Source of the DNA: Squalus acanthias
Lineage: Eukaryota
Assembly (NCBI GenBank): GCA_030390025.1
Contig: CM059432.1
Location: forward strand, 24,492,001-24,556,000
Reading direction: 5' to 3'
DNA length: 64,000 nucleotides
Part shown: in pieces, positions 35,076-48,252 of the stretch
How the letters are laid out: each line of letters starts with the position of its first letter
Position numbering within the stretch: the stretch's first letter is position 1
Notes under the pieces: model-generated
What the model was told of the DNA's origin: nothing
Databases searched by the model: none
The model's input: only the letters and a program-made list of their open reading frames with translations
Made by a program: the position numbers and the translations under genes

Positions 35076-36093
35076 GTTTGCAATGACAACACAAATTCAC
35101 AATCTTCACCTGTGCAGATCTTCAAATCAGGAAAAACACCACAGCAATGGAGTCAGGTTGGGTGGGGTCTGATCATGGGGTGTAGGTTGGTCACCTGGGG
35201 TTGATTCTGGCCAAAGGGACTTGTGTGCTGTGCAGAGTTACTGCGGACCCAGGAGCAGCGGTGCGGTGACTGTGAAGACCTGGCCTGGAGCAGGTAGGAT
35301 TGGTGTTTTTATTCTTGCGATTTTTGTCACTGTACAGTAGTTGGATTTCATTTTTTGACTTTTCACTGGGCCCGGCTGTCAGCGGAAACGGTTTGACAGG
35401 GTGTCCGGATTCCGGTACATTTTACGGATTCCGGACGACCCTGCCACCAATCGTCCTGGAGTCCGGATTCTGGAACATTCCGGATTCCGGAACTCCGGAT
35501 TCCGGAACTCCGGATTTTGGACGCTCAACCTGTACCATCATAAGAGCTTTAAAAAATAGAAAAATAAAATTTTATCACTCACTTATACTTTAAAAACCCT
35601 GTCCAATAAGGTAAGTTTATATTTAGCCCCGTTAAAAGATATACTTAAAAAAAAATTACATTTGTTTAAAATATTTAATTAAATGCCATTTTAATTAATA
35701 TTATATATGTAATTTATTTATTTATTTATTTCATGTGTTTGTGTATTTTTTAAGTCATCCCCATTTATACTTATGACAGTTCCGTGCGTATGGAATCCCC
35801 ATAAGTATAAATGGGGATTCCCTTCTTTCATTGGTTGGGCTGGTCCACGTGATCCCAGGGGCGCTTGCGAACCGCATGTGCCCCTGGGATACGTGGGCCT
35901 CTACATATTTCTACCAGGAGAGGCAAAGGATCGCAAGCCTCCGTAATTCCCGGGCTACCAGGTAAATGCATCGATTTTTTGATGATCGGAGGCCTCCGAT
36001 CGCAAATTCAGGCCCATTATTTTTTTAACTCTCCTTAGATGATAATTTGTGATGTCAAATACATACATACACAATTAAAATTTTGTTCAAGAA

Positions 36094-37075
36094 TATTCAG
36101 TGTGGCAGAAGGTGGGTAGTGGTGTTCCACAAGGATCAGTGCTGGGACCGCTGCTGTTCACAAGTTACATTAACGATTTAGACTTTGGAATCCAAAACAA
36201 TTTCTAAATTTGCAGATGATGCCAAATTGGGGGGGATAGTCAATACTGAGGAGGACTGCAACAAATTACAGGAAGACATTAATAAACTTGCAGAATGGGC
36301 AAATATTTGGCAAATGAAATTCAACAGAGAAAATGTGAGGTACAGTATTACATTTTGGTAGGAAGAATAGGGAGGTCACTAATCACTTGGAGGGTGTGAG
36401 TCTAGGTGGGGTAGAGGAACAAAGGGATCTCGGAGTACAAATACACTATTCACTATTATTTCTAGAGGGATAGAATTGAAAAGTAGGGAAGTTATGCTAA
36501 ACCTGTATCAATCCTTGGTTAGACCACACAGAGTACTGCGTGAAGTTCTGGTCACCATATAAAAAGGATATAGAGGCACTGGAGAGGGTGCAGAGAAGAT
36601 TTACAAGGATGATACCAGAAATGCGAGGGTAAACATATGAGGAAAGGATGAACAGGCTGGGTCTCTTTTCCCTTGAAAAAAGAAGGCTGAGGGGTGACCT
36701 AATAGAGGTCGTTAAAATTATGAGAAGTTTTGATAGAGTGGATACAGAGAGAATGTTTCCACTTGTGGGGAAGAGCATAACTAGAGGCCATCAATATAAG
36801 ATAGTCACCAAGAAATCCAAAAGTGAATTCCAAAGAAACTTCTTTACCCAAAGAGTGGTGAGAATGTGGAACTCGCTACCACAGGGAGTGGTTGAAGTGA
36901 ATAGTATAGATGCATTTAATGGGAGACTGGACAAGCATATGAGGGAGAAGGGAATAGAGGGTTACACTGATAGATTTAGATGAGGAAAGACGGGAGGAGG
37001 CTCGAGTGGAGCACAAATGCCGGCATGGACTGGTTGGGCCGAATATGCCGTATATCCTATGTAATCCTATGTAAT
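36094..37075 (+). mobile_element. CR1 3' fragment, same subfamily as 16331-22716
   Basis: Near-identical to 20038-22716 by eye; tail cctatgtaatcctatgtaat. Confidence 0.9.
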
Positions 37076-39149
37076 AATTATGTGCTCAAGTTCCAGCACA
37101 TCTAACTCATGTGCGGGAATGCTACCAACTGAGCAAATTTACCTACAGTCCCAAGCTTGTCATTTCTCACAGTACAGTCATGAAGCCATTTTCTTTTGAT
37201 ATTCTAGAGATGTGCTGGAATTATAATGGATTTTCTTCCATTCACAGTATCACTGTGCTTTTATGAGTGGTCATTGCTGATGCCTGCAAGGAAGAGCATG
37301 GCAATCGTAATAACTACGAGTAGTAATGGTAGTTGTTCTTCAGATGTGAATGTCAGAATTCCAGGAGGGATGCATACAAGTGACAGAGATATCATGCAGA
37401 CAGCTGTTTCTGCACCAAAATGTGACACTTCAGATAATCCCATGGTACACTACTACACACTATAATGTGGGCTCATATTTCTTTTGACTGTTGTAGCAAC
37501 ATCAGACCAGTGTACACTGGAGGCATTGTATCCTTATAAATCTACCATCATTTTACAAGTCTCCAGTGTAAAGTCTCATGATTTAAACTACATTGCTGAA
37601 ATTTTGTGCTAATCAAGGTGAAAGATGTCAGTGCTGAAGAACTGAACATTTCTCTATTCACAGTGCTCAGTCACAACCTCGAACGTTCCATATTCTGACA
37701 GATTTCTATCAGATGCTGACAGACTTGCTATGTCTTTCTAACAATTTCTGTTCTTTTTCTTCAAATGCTGCCAGGTCAAGTATGCAGAGCATGGATTAGA
37801 TGTGAAGAGGAATTTTGTAGCGTTCTGCTCCCAGCTGGGAGTTTCAGAAACATGAGTCACAAAATTGGCACTACAGCATTCTAGCCCTATCTCCGACCTG
37901 CACTCATGCTCAGTGAGGCACCACACTGGAAGTGAAGCTTCACAAATTTACCTCACGATGCAAATCTCACTGCTTCACAAATTTACCTCACGATGCAAAT
38001 CTCACTCTGTCTCAACGCATTGTTTGAGGATTGTGAATCCAAATTCTTTCGATGTTTATCCCTGGTTTGTTCAATTCCGATACTCATGAATTGACATAAT
38101 ATAATATAATATAATATTGAAGGTTTCATTGAAAAGCTCCTCAAAGAAAGAACCATGTGACAGATAATGTAATGCTCAGCAACCATAGCATTGATGTGCA
38201 TCAGGCACAGACAACCCACATTATCTAGCGCTGAGGCTTCCTGTGCATCTGTGCTTTGGATGTAGTGTGGGATAATGCAGAGGGGAAGCACCCATGGAGT
38301 TGATGGCCTGGGCACTAGGCCTGCACTAGTCTTGTTAAGGCTTCAAAGAAATATGTTAACGAGATCCTTATCACATAAAGCAGGCTCAACACTTAACAGT
38401 GCTACTCAAGATCAGTGCCCATGGGTACTGGAAGGTTGGCCTGTTCAGCCATGTTGATTCCTGTTCTTTGAAGGGGAATCTGTTTCGTAGTAATTGTTGG
38501 TTGCATGTTGACCCACCAATTTTGTTATTTATTGCATTGTGACCTTCAGTTTCACTGCAGCTGCTCATACCTTTGTAAAGATGCACCCCATCTGTGATCT
38601 GCAGGTGTTAGTCTAGGGAAGTGTAATTGAGCTCTACCTAAATGGGACCTGTTGACATGTTGGTGGCCAACCCTCTGTATTTGTTGGTTCTGGAGGAGAA
38701 AAGGCAGGAATCCCTGAAGCATGCAGTACAGGCCATTCTAGGTACCCAAGGTGATTTAAATCTAAGGTCTTCTACAACCTTACCCTGCAACGAGCCACTG
38801 TGATGGAGCAGGTGGTGAAGAAGAGAACTTGCCTCAACCTGTTGCAGAAGAGGGCTCTGGCCATCAGCTACTTTATGTGAATCTGTAAACATGCAGGTGT
38901 CTTGCGATGGTTGCATGCTTGGTGTTTGTTTCTTTCATGGACCTCAGGGAAGATGCGTTGATGTGACAGCAATACAGAGCGCAGTTATAAATCACAGACA
39001 GACCTGCGTATTTGGAAAATAGGTCAACAGTTGCCAGAGTGTTGTGTATTCTCCCTCTATGATGCTCCACCAAGCTTATAATGTAGTGTCTGTTAAGATT
39101 CTTTGTAAGGCAACACTGTAAAATGAAGTATGAGCTTAACCATGGCAAC

Positions 39150-39250
39150 TTTTCAGAGGTTGAGCAAATTAATTTATATAACTGGTGCCAGGATCTGGTC
39201 ACAGGTGATACATTATTGAGTATTCCTGCCAACTCAGCCCAAGCTGCTCG
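39150..39250 (-). pseudogene. Harbinger Myb/SANT-like remnant
   Basis: AAWAELAGILNNVSPVTRSWHQLYK. Confidence 0.45.
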
Positions 39251-40017
39251 AAACAACAACAACAACTTATATTTATATAGCGCCTTTAATGTAGTAAAAC
39301 GTCCCAAGGCGCTGCAGAGGTGTATTTTAAGACAAAAAATTTGACACCGATCCACATAAGGATAAATTAGGGCAGGTGACCAAAAGCTTGGTCAAAGAGG
39401 TAGGTTTTAAGGAGCATCTTAAAGGAGGAAAGAGAGGTAGCGAGGCAGACAGGTTTAGGCAGGGAATTCCAGAGTTTAGGGCCTAGGCAACAGAAGGCAC
39501 GGCCACCAAAGGTTGAGCGATTATAATCAGGAATGCTCAAGAGGGCAGAATTAGAGGAGCGCAGATATCTCGGGGGGGGATTGTGGGGCTGAAGGAGATT
39601 ACAGAGATAGGAAGGGGTCGAGGCCATGGAGGGATTTGAAAACAAGGATGAGAATTTTGAAATCGAGGCGCTGCTTACCCGGGAGCCAATGTAGGTCAGT
39701 GAACACAGGGGTGATGGGCGAATGGGACTTGGTGAGAGTTTGGACACGGGCAGCCGAGTTTTGGATGACCTCAAGTTTACGTAGGGTGGAATGTGGGAGA
39801 CCAGCCAGGTGTGCACTGGAATAGTCAAGTCTAGAGGTAACAAAGGCATGAATGAGAGTTTCAGTGGCGGATGAGCTGAGGCAAGGGTGGAGATGGGCGA
39901 TGTTACGGAGGTGGAAGTAGGCGGTCTTTGTTATGCTGCGGATATGTGGTCGGAAGCTCATTTCAGGGTCAAATATGACACCAAGGTTGCGAACAGTGTG
40001 GTTCAGCCTCAGACAGA
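39251..40017 (-). mobile_element. L2 LINE 3' fragment
   Basis: RNLGVIFD..AYFHLRNIA..LIHAFVTSRLDY..IQNSAARV..LHWLP; tail ggcgctatataaatataagttgttgttg. Confidence 0.9.
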
Positions 40018-40816
40018 CTGAAGCCCACCCATGAGTTCCAGCATAGACCTCCTGCCCAAGGTTCCTCTGCCCCAACATTTCTTCAACCCACCATCTATAG
40101 CACTTGCTTCTTCACTCACAGGCAGCATCTCAGATATTTTCACCTGGGGTAATTAGATAGTATGAGTGAGGATGCGGCAGGAGGTGATTCACAGAGCACA
40201 AAGGAAACAAAGGAGTAGTTATATAAGAACATAAGAATATAAGAAATACGAGCAGGAGTAAACCATACGGCTCATCGAGCCAATCAATAAGATCATGGCT
40301 GACCTTCGGCCTCAACTCCACTTTTCCACCTGATCCCCATATCCCTTGATTCCCCTAGAGTCCAAAAATCTATCTATCTCAGCCTTGAATATACTCAATG
40401 ACTCAGCATCCACAGCTCTTTGGGGTAAAGAATTCCAAAGATTCACAACCCTCTGAGTGAAGAAATTCCTCCTCAACTCAGTCTTAAATGGCCGACCCCT
40501 TATCCTGAGACTATGCCCCCTAGTTCTAGGCTCTCCAGCCAGGGGACACAACCTCTCAGCATCTACCCTGTCAATCCCCCTCAGAACCTTATATGTTTCA
40601 ATGAGATCATCTCTTATTCTTCTAAACTTCAGAGAGTATAGGCCCAATCTACTCAATCTCTCCTCATAGGACAACCCTCTCATCCAAGGGATCAATCTAG
40701 TGAACCTTGGTTGCATCGCCTCTAAGGCATGTATGTCCTTTCTCAGATAAGGAGACCAAGGTGTGGTTTCACCAAAGCCCTGTACAATTGTAGCTAGACT
40801 TCCTTACTCTTGTACT

Positions 40817-41556
40817 TGTAGCACTTTCTCTTACTACTGTTCGGACCTCAAGAATTACGACTTAGCTTAACGATGACAGACAAGGATGTGATCAATAAAA
40901 TTGGTCTTTTAATCAGACTATAGTTCAAAATACATAGAAGCACCTTTGGCAATAAATTCAAAGAACTCCCGGCAATAAATATGCCTGCAACTTATCAATT
41001 CAAAGTATATAAACATGCCTCTTTAATGATTCAATTGTACATAAAAGTACCCCCTTTAACAATATCTAAGCCCATGTCCAATTTTCATACATACTCCTTC
41101 ATTTCTGGTCAAAGGAAACTGTAAGTCGAAACATAAACTGGCCAGCTTTCTCACTTCAATCTTCCTCCTGCTTTGTCTTCTCTGTTCTTCTTCTTATCTC
41201 TGAAAACTCCCGCCACTGGGTTATAAGGCCTCGTTGATCGTAAATTACTCTCTGCCTCCCTTGGATAGGTCTGTTCCACTCCAAACCTTCCCGAATTGGA
41301 ATTCCATTCCTGTTCCTGTGAGATGTATGTTCTCCCCTTCTTGTCCAGGTGGCCACTCAAACAAAGAACACACACTGACCACCATTTTGTGTCTTCACAA
41401 ACAAAGAACACACACTGACCACCATTTTGTGTCTTCACAAAGAACACCTGCTGATTTCTTACATTTTAAATCCGTCCGTTATCATCTTACAATTTGTTCA
41501 CAATTTCGATCTCCACACGGTAGAAGCGGTTTTATTACACTTTTCAGAATCTTACA
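40817..41556 (-). mobile_element. 740-bp solo LTR (Gypsy- or ERV-like)
   Basis: TGTA...TACA ends; 4-bp TSD tact; minus-strand TATAA (~41222) and ATTAAA (~40908); internal ~40-bp tandem duplication at 41359-41440. Confidence 0.88.
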
Positions 41557-44500
41557 TACTCCAACCTCCTTGTAATAAAGGCCAACATGCCATTTGCCTT
41601 CCTAATTGCTTGCTAAACCTGCATGCTAACTGTCTGTGTTTCCTGTACGAGGACACCTAAACTTCTCTGAACACCAACATTTAATAATTTCTCACCATTT
41701 AACAAATATTCTGCGTTTCTATTCTTCCTACCAAAGTGAATAACCTCACATTTCCCCACATTATACTCCATCTGCCACCTTATTGCCCACTCACTTAACC
41801 TGTCTATATCCCTTTGCAGGCTCTTTGTGTCCTCCTCACAACTTACTTTACCACATAGCTTTGTATCGTCAGCAAACTTGGATACACTGTACTTGGTCCC
41901 TTCATCTAAGTCATTAATATAGATTGTAAATAGCTGAGGCCCAAGCACTGATCCTTACGGCACTCTACTAGTTACAGCCTGCCAGCCAGAAAATGACCCC
42001 TTTATCCCTACTCTCTGTTTTTTGTCTGTTAACCAACCCTCTATCCATGCTAATATATTACCCCCAACCCCATGAGCTCTTCTAATGCACCTTAACGAAT
42101 GCCTTTTGGAAATCTAAATAAACTGGTTCCCCTAATCTACCCTGCTAGTTATATCTTCAAAAAATTCAGATAAATTTGTTAAACACGATTTCCCTTTCAT
42201 AAAACCATGTTGACTCTGCTTAATCACAGTATGATTTTCTAAGTGCCCTGTTACCACTTCCTTAATAGAGTCATAGAGTCATAGATTTATACAGCACAGA
42301 AAGAGGCCCTTTGGCCCATCGTGTCCACGCCGGCCATTAAGCCCTATCTATTCTACTCCCATTTTCCAGCACTTGGTCCATAGCCTTGTATGCTATGGCG
42401 TTTCAAGTGCTCATCTAAATGCTTCTTGAATGTTGTGAGGGTTCCTGCCTCTACCACCCATTCAGGCACTGAGATCCAGATTCCAACCACCCTCTGGGTG
42501 AAAAAGTTTTTCCTCAAATCCCCTCTAAATCTCCTGCCCCTTACCTTGAAACTATGCCCCCTGGTTATTGACCCCTCTACTAAGGGGAAAAGTTCATTTC
42601 TATCTACCCTATCTATGCCCCTCATAATTTTGTACACCTCAATCAGGTCCCCCCTCAGCCTTCTCTGGTCTAAGGAAAACAACCCCAACCTGTCCAGTCT
42701 CTCTTCATAGCTGAAGCGCTCCAGCCCAGGTAACATCCTGGTGAATCTCCTCTGCACCCTCTCCAATGCAATCACATCCTTCCTATAGTGTGGCGACCAG
42801 AACTGCACACAGTATTCCAGCTGTGGCCTAACTAGCGCTTTGTAGAGCTCCATCATAACCTCCCTGCTCTTATATTCTATGCCTCGGCTAATGAAGGCAA
42901 GTATCCCATATGCCTTTTTAACCACCTTATCTACCTGTCCTGCTGCCTTCAGGGATCTATGTACATGCAGACCAAGGTCCCTCTGATCCTCTGTCCTTCC
43001 TAGGGTCCTACCATTCATTGTGTATTTCCTTGCCTTGTTAGTCATCCCAAAATGCATCACCTCACACTTTTCAGGGTTAAATTCTATTTGCCACTGTTCT
43101 GCCCATCTGACCAACCCGCCTATATCGTCCTGTAGCCTAAGGCTTCCCTCCTCGCTATTTACCACTCCACCAATTTTCGTGCCATCTGCGATCTTACTGA
43201 TCATACCTCCTACATTCATATCTAAATCATGAATGTACACTCCAAACAGCAAAGGACCCAGCACTGATGCCTGCGGTACAACACTGGACACAGGCTTCCA
43301 GTCACAAAAACAACCTTCGACCATCACTCTCTGCCTCCTGCCACTAAGCCAATTTTGGATCCAATGTGCCAAATTGCCCTGGATCCCATGGGCTCTTACC
43401 TTCTTGACCAGTCTCCCATGCGGGACTTTGTCAAAAGCCTTACTGAAGTCCATGTAGACTACATCAATTGCACTACCCTCATCCACACACCTAGTCACCC
43501 CCTCGAAAAATTCAATCAAACTGGTTAGACATGATCTCCCCCTGACAAAGCCATGCTGACTATCGTTGATTAATCCTTGCCTCTCCAAGTGGAGACTAAT
43601 TCTGTCCCTCAGAATTTTTTCCAATAATTTCCCTACCACTGATGTTAGGCTCACTGGCCTGTAATTCCCTACCCTTCTTGAATAATGGTACTACGTTAGC
43701 TGTCCTCCAGTCCTCTGGCACCTCCCCTGTGGCCAGAGAGGTTCTGAAAATTTGTGTCAGAGCCCCTGTAATCTCCTCCCTTGCCTCACACAGCAGCCTG
43801 GGATACATTTCGTCTGGGCCTGGGGATTTATCCACTTTTAAGCCCGCTAAAACTGCTAGTACCTCCTCCCTCTCAATACTAATTTGTTCAAGTATATCAC
43901 AATCCCCCTGCCTGATTTCTATGCCCACATCGTCCTTCTCCATAGTGAACACAGATGCAAAATATTCATTTAAAACCTCACCCACATCTTCCGGCTCCAT
44001 ACACAGATTGCCACTTTGGTCCCTAATGGGCCCTACTCTTTCCCTGGTTATCCTCTTGCCCTTAATATACTTATTATCACCTTGGGATTTTCCTTTATTT
44101 TGCCCACCAGTGTTTTTTCATGCCCCCTCTTCGCTCTCATAATTTCTTTTTTAAGTACCCCCCTGCACTTTCTATACTCCTCTAGGGCTTCCATTGTTTT
44201 TAGTCCTATGTATCTGCCAAAAGCCTCCCTTTTTTTCCGAATTCATTCTTGTATATCCCTTGACATCCAGGGTTCCCTGGGCTTGTTGGTCCCACCTTTG
44301 ACCTTTACGGGAACATATTGGCGTTGTACTCTCTCTATTTCCTTTCTGAAAGACTCCCACTGCTCTGATGTGGATTTTCCTACAAGTAGCTTATCCCAAT
44401 CCACTTTTGCCAGATCCTGCCTTATCATATTAAAATCGGCCTTCCCCCAATTTAGAACCTTTATTTCTGGTCCATCTTTGTCCTTTTCCATGACTACCTT

Positions 44501-45428
44501 AAATCTCACCGAATTATGGTCACTGTCACCAAAATGCTCTCCTACTAACACTTCTACCAGTTGCCCGGCTACATTCCCTAGAATTAGGTCCAGTACCGCC
44601 CCCTCTCTTGTCGGACTTTCTACATGCTGGCTCAAAAAGCTCTCCTGGATGCACTTTAAGAATTCCGCACCCTCAAAGCCTTTCACAGTCTGACTATCCC
44701 ATTTAATATTGGGGAAGTTGAAATCCCCTACTATTATTACCCTATTATTTCTACACTTCTCTGAGACTTGCCTACATATCTGTTCCTCTATCTCCCCCTG
44801 ACTCCCAGCAAAGTGCTTGCCCCCTTTTTGTTTTTAAGTTCTACCCATATGGCCTCATTAGAGGAACCTGCTAAGATATAATCCCTCCTTCCAGCAGTAA
44901 TTGACTCCTTGATTATTATTGCGACACCCCCTCCTCTTTTACACCCCCCTCTGTCTCGCCTGAAGATTCTATACCCTGGAATATTGAGCTGCGAGTCCTG
45001 CCCCTCCCTCAACCATGTCTCTTTGATAGCAACAATATCATACTCCCATGTGTTCATCAACACCTTCAATTCATCTGCCTTACTCACAAGAATCCTTGCA
45101 TTAAAATAAATGCCATCCAGCCTTGCCATACTCCCTTGTGCCATTACATATTTGCTCTGCCTTCCAGGCTGACTTGTTTTTTCCTCTATATTTGGCTGTG
45201 CATCACCCCCTACTATAGCTCCACTCCGTATCCCATCCCCCTGCCAAGTTAGTTTAAATCCCCCCAACAGTACTAGCAAACCTCCCCGCAAGGATGTTGG
45301 TCCCGTTCCGGTTCAGGTGCAACACATCCGACTTGTACAGGTCCCACCTTCCCCAGAAGCAGACCCAGTGATCCAGGAAACTAAAGCCCTCCCTCCTGCA
45401 CCAACTCTTTAGCCACGCATTCATCTGC

Positions 45429-48130
45429 TAGATACATAGATACATAGATGATAGGAGCAGGAGTAGGCCATCCGGCCCTTCGAGCCTGCTCCGCCATTTA
45501 ATGAGATCATGGCTGATCCTCCAATTCAGTATCCCGTCCCCGCCTTCTCTCCGTAACCCTTAACCCCTTTTGCCTGTAGAAATATATCTAATTCCCTCTT
45601 AAATATATTTAATGAGCTGGCGTACACTGCCCTCTGTGGCAATGAGTTCCACAGGTTCACCACCCTCTGAGTGAAGAAATTCCCCCTCATTTCTGTCCTA
45701 AATGGTTTAGCCCTTATCCTTAAATTATGTCCTCTAGTTCTGTTCTCACCCGCCGAGGGAAACATTCCTTCTGCATCTAGCCTGTCTAGACCTGTCAGAA
45801 TTTTATACACTTCTATGAGGTCCCCTCTCAATCTTCTAAACTCCAGTGTGTACATCCCTAAACTACATAGTCTCTCCTCATAGGTCAATCCCGCCATTCC
45901 TGGTATCAGCCTGGTGAATCGCCGCTGCACCCCCTCCATGGCAAGAACATCTTTCCTCAGATGAGGCGACCAAAACTGTACACAGTACTCGAGGTGTGGT
46001 CTCACCAGTGCCCTGTACAGCTGCAGCAAAGTATCCCTGTTCCTGTATTCCAACCCTTTTGCTATGAAGGCCAGCATACCGTTTGCCTTCTTGACCGCCT
46101 GTTGCACCTGCATGCTCGCCTTCAGTGACTGGTGTACAAGAACACCCAGGTCTCTCTGTACCTCCCCCTCTCCCAATTTATTGCCATTTAAATAATAATT
46201 TGCCCTCCCGTTCCTGCACCCAAGGTGGATAACTTCGCACTTGTCCACATTATAGTGCATCTGCCATTTATCCGCCCAATCACCCAGTCTGTCCAAATCG
46301 CTCTGGAGCTTCCTGGTCTCCTCCTCTGAGCCCACCCCCCCTCCTAGTTTAGTGTCGTCTGCAAATTTGGAAATGCTGCATCCGACTCCCTGATCCAGGT
46401 CATTAATGTAAATTGTGAACAGCTGGGGACCCAGGACAGATCCCTGTGGTACCCCACTTGTTACTGCCTGCCATTCAGAAAATGAGCCGTTTATTCCAAC
46501 TCTCTGTTTTCTATCTGACAGCCAGTTCTCTATCCACGTCAATACTTTCCCCTTTATCCCATGAGCTTCAATTTTCTCTGCTAATCTTTTATGTGGGACC
46601 TTATCGAAGGCCTTTTGGAAGTCCAGGTACACCACATCTACTGGCTCTCCCCCATCTATTTTACCAGTTACTCCCTCAAAAAATTCCAATAGATTAGTCA
46701 AGCACGATTTACCCTTTGTAAATCCATGTTGACTCTGTCCTATCCTGTCCCCATTTGCTAAGTGCTCCGCTATTTCATCCTTAATGATGGACTCCAGCAT
46801 TTTGCCCACAACTGATGTAAGGCTTACAGGTCTGTAATTACCTGCTTTTTCCCTACCCCCCTTTTTGAATAGTGGGGTAACGTTAGCTACCCTCCAATCC
46901 ATGGGCACTGTTCCCGAGTCTAATGAATTCTGAAAAATCATACTTAGTGCATCCGCTATCTCTAGGGCCACCTCCTTCAGCACCCTAGGATGCATGTTAT
47001 CAGGCCCTGGGGATTTGTCCGCCTTCAATTCCTTTAGCTTCCTTAACACCATATCCTTAGAGATATTGATTTGCGTCAGTTCCTCCTTTGCAAATGTCCC
47101 TATTTTTCCCGATATCCCAGGGAGGTTTTTTGTGTCTTCCTTCGTAAAGACTGACCCAAAGTATGCATTTAGTTGGTCTGCCATTTCCTTATTTCCCGTT
47201 ATATATTCCCCCGTATCTGACTGCAATGGGCCAACTTTGGTTTTCACCAGTCTTTTCCTCTTGATATACTTATAAAAGCTTTTGGAGTTAGTTTTTATAT
47301 TTTCTGCCAGCTTGCTTTCGTAAGCTATTTTGCCCCTCTTGATTAAGCCCTTTGTCCTCCTTTGCTCTATCTTAAACTGTTCCCAATCTTCCGCTCTGGC
47401 GCTTTTTTTGGCTATTTTATACGCCCTATCTTTGGATTTTATGCTGTCTCTAATTTCCCCTGTTATCCACGGTTGAGTCACCTTTTTAGATTTCCTTTTA
47501 TGCCAGATTGGTATAAACAATTTTTGCAATTTTGTCATTCTATCTTTAAATGCTTGCCATTGTTTATCTACCTCCAGTCCTCCCAGGAACGTTGTCCAAT
47601 CAGACCTACTCAGTTCCCGTCTAATGGCATCATAATTCCCCTTGTTTAAATTCAGGACCTTAGTATCTGAGTCAATTTCTTCGCTCTCCATTTCGAGTGA
47701 GAAATCGATCATGTTATGATCGCTCTGACCCAAGGGTCCCCGTACAACAAGATTACTAATTAGTCCCTTCTCATTGCACAGTACCCAGTCCAATATAGCC
47801 TGTTCCCGAGTTGGTTCCTCGACATATTGATCCAGATAACCATCCCTTAAACACTCAAGGAATTCCTCCTCCTCATTATTTTTACTGATTAGGCTATTCC
47901 AATCTATATGTAAGTTAAAGTCACCTATGATGACAGCTGTGCTCTTATTGCACGCTTCTCTAATTTCCCTCGTGATGCCCTCCCCAAACTCTATTTTACT
48001 ATTTGGAGGCCTATATACCACTCCTATTAATGTTTTTCGCCCCTCGCTATTTCTTAGCTCCACCCATATAGATTCTGTATTAACTGAGTTAATATCCTTC
48101 CTTTCAATTGCATTTATCCCTTCTTTTACC
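45429..48130 (-). mobile_element. Young 5'-truncated CR1 (CR1-D) inserted in CR1-B ORF1
   Basis: Uninterrupted ORF2 from mid-endonuclease to stop at 45526; (CTATGTAT)n tail; host ORF1 joins across it (catctgc|tctatcctc). Confidence 0.92.
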
Positions 48131-48252
48131 TCTATCCTCATATTCCTATACTCACTCGCACGTGGCACCAGTGCAGCTAAGCCACTCGTAGTGCCACGGA
48201 CTTGGCTCTTGCTGCATTCCCCTGAGAAACCATCTCCCCCAGCAGTATCCAA
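45526..48252 (-). CDS. 908-aa open frame: ~40 aa of CR1-B ORF1 fused to CR1-D ORF2 (partial APE + intact RT)
   Basis: ORF track; [19 protein letters not shown] and FADD motifs; N-terminal APE motifs absent; expression unproven. Confidence 0.55.
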   Translation of the reverse strand: MDTAGGDGFSGECSKSQVRGTTSGLAALVPRASEYRNMRIEVKEGINAIERKDINSVNTESIWVELRNSEGRKTLIGVVYRPPNSKIEFGEGITREIREACNKSTAVIIGDFNLHIDWNSLISKNNEEEEFLECLRDGYLDQYVEEPTREQAILDWVLCNEKGLISNLVVRGPLGQSDHNMIDFSLEMESEEIDSDTKVLNLNKGNYDAIRRELSRSDWTTFLGGLEVDKQWQAFKDRMTKLQKLFIPIWHKRKSKKVTQPWITGEIRDSIKSKDRAYKIAKKSARAEDWEQFKIEQRRTKGLIKRGKIAYESKLAENIKTNSKSFYKYIKRKRLVKTKVGPLQSDTGEYITGNKEMADQLNAYFGSVFTKEDTKNLPGISGKIGTFAKEELTQINISKDMVLRKLKELKADKSPGPDNMHPRVLKEVALEIADALSMIFQNSLDSGTVPMDWRVANVTPLFKKGGREKAGNYRPVSLTSVVGKMLESIIKDEIAEHLANGDRIGQSQHGFTKGKSCLTNLLEFFEGVTGKIDGGEPVDVVYLDFQKAFDKVPHKRLAEKIEAHGIKGKVLTWIENWLSDRKQRVGINGSFSEWQAVTSGVPQGSVLGPQLFTIYINDLDQGVGCSISKFADDTKLGGGVGSEEETRKLQSDLDRLGDWADKWQMHYNVDKCEVIHLGCRNGRANYYLNGNKLGEGEVQRDLGVLVHQSLKASMQVQQAVKKANGMLAFIAKGLEYRNRDTLLQLYRALVRPHLEYCVQFWSPHLRKDVLAMEGVQRRFTRLIPGMAGLTYEERLCSLGMYTLEFRRLRGDLIEVYKILTGLDRLDAEGMFPSAGENRTRGHNLRIRAKPFRTEMRGNFFTQRVVNLWNSLPQRAVYASSLNIFKRELDIFLQAKGVKGYGEKAGTGY

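Larger units (their letters stand above)
32531..35532 (-). mobile_element. Tigger/pogo DNA transposon
   Basis: TIR caggttgagcgtcc / ggacgctcaacctg with TA duplication; contains a transposase gene. Confidence 0.95.
32402..36015. mobile_element. Harbinger-type MITE split by the Tigger insertion
   Basis: Imperfect TIRs ggaccatattttgcga / tcgcaaattcaggccc; 3-bp TSD att. Confidence 0.7.

Noticed and set aside
37226..37465. 79-aa (+) and 60-aa (-) ORFs as host exon
   Set aside because: No recognisable domain and a poor donor site
37938..38006. ~35-bp tandem duplication
   Set aside because: Two copies only; ordinary slippage duplication
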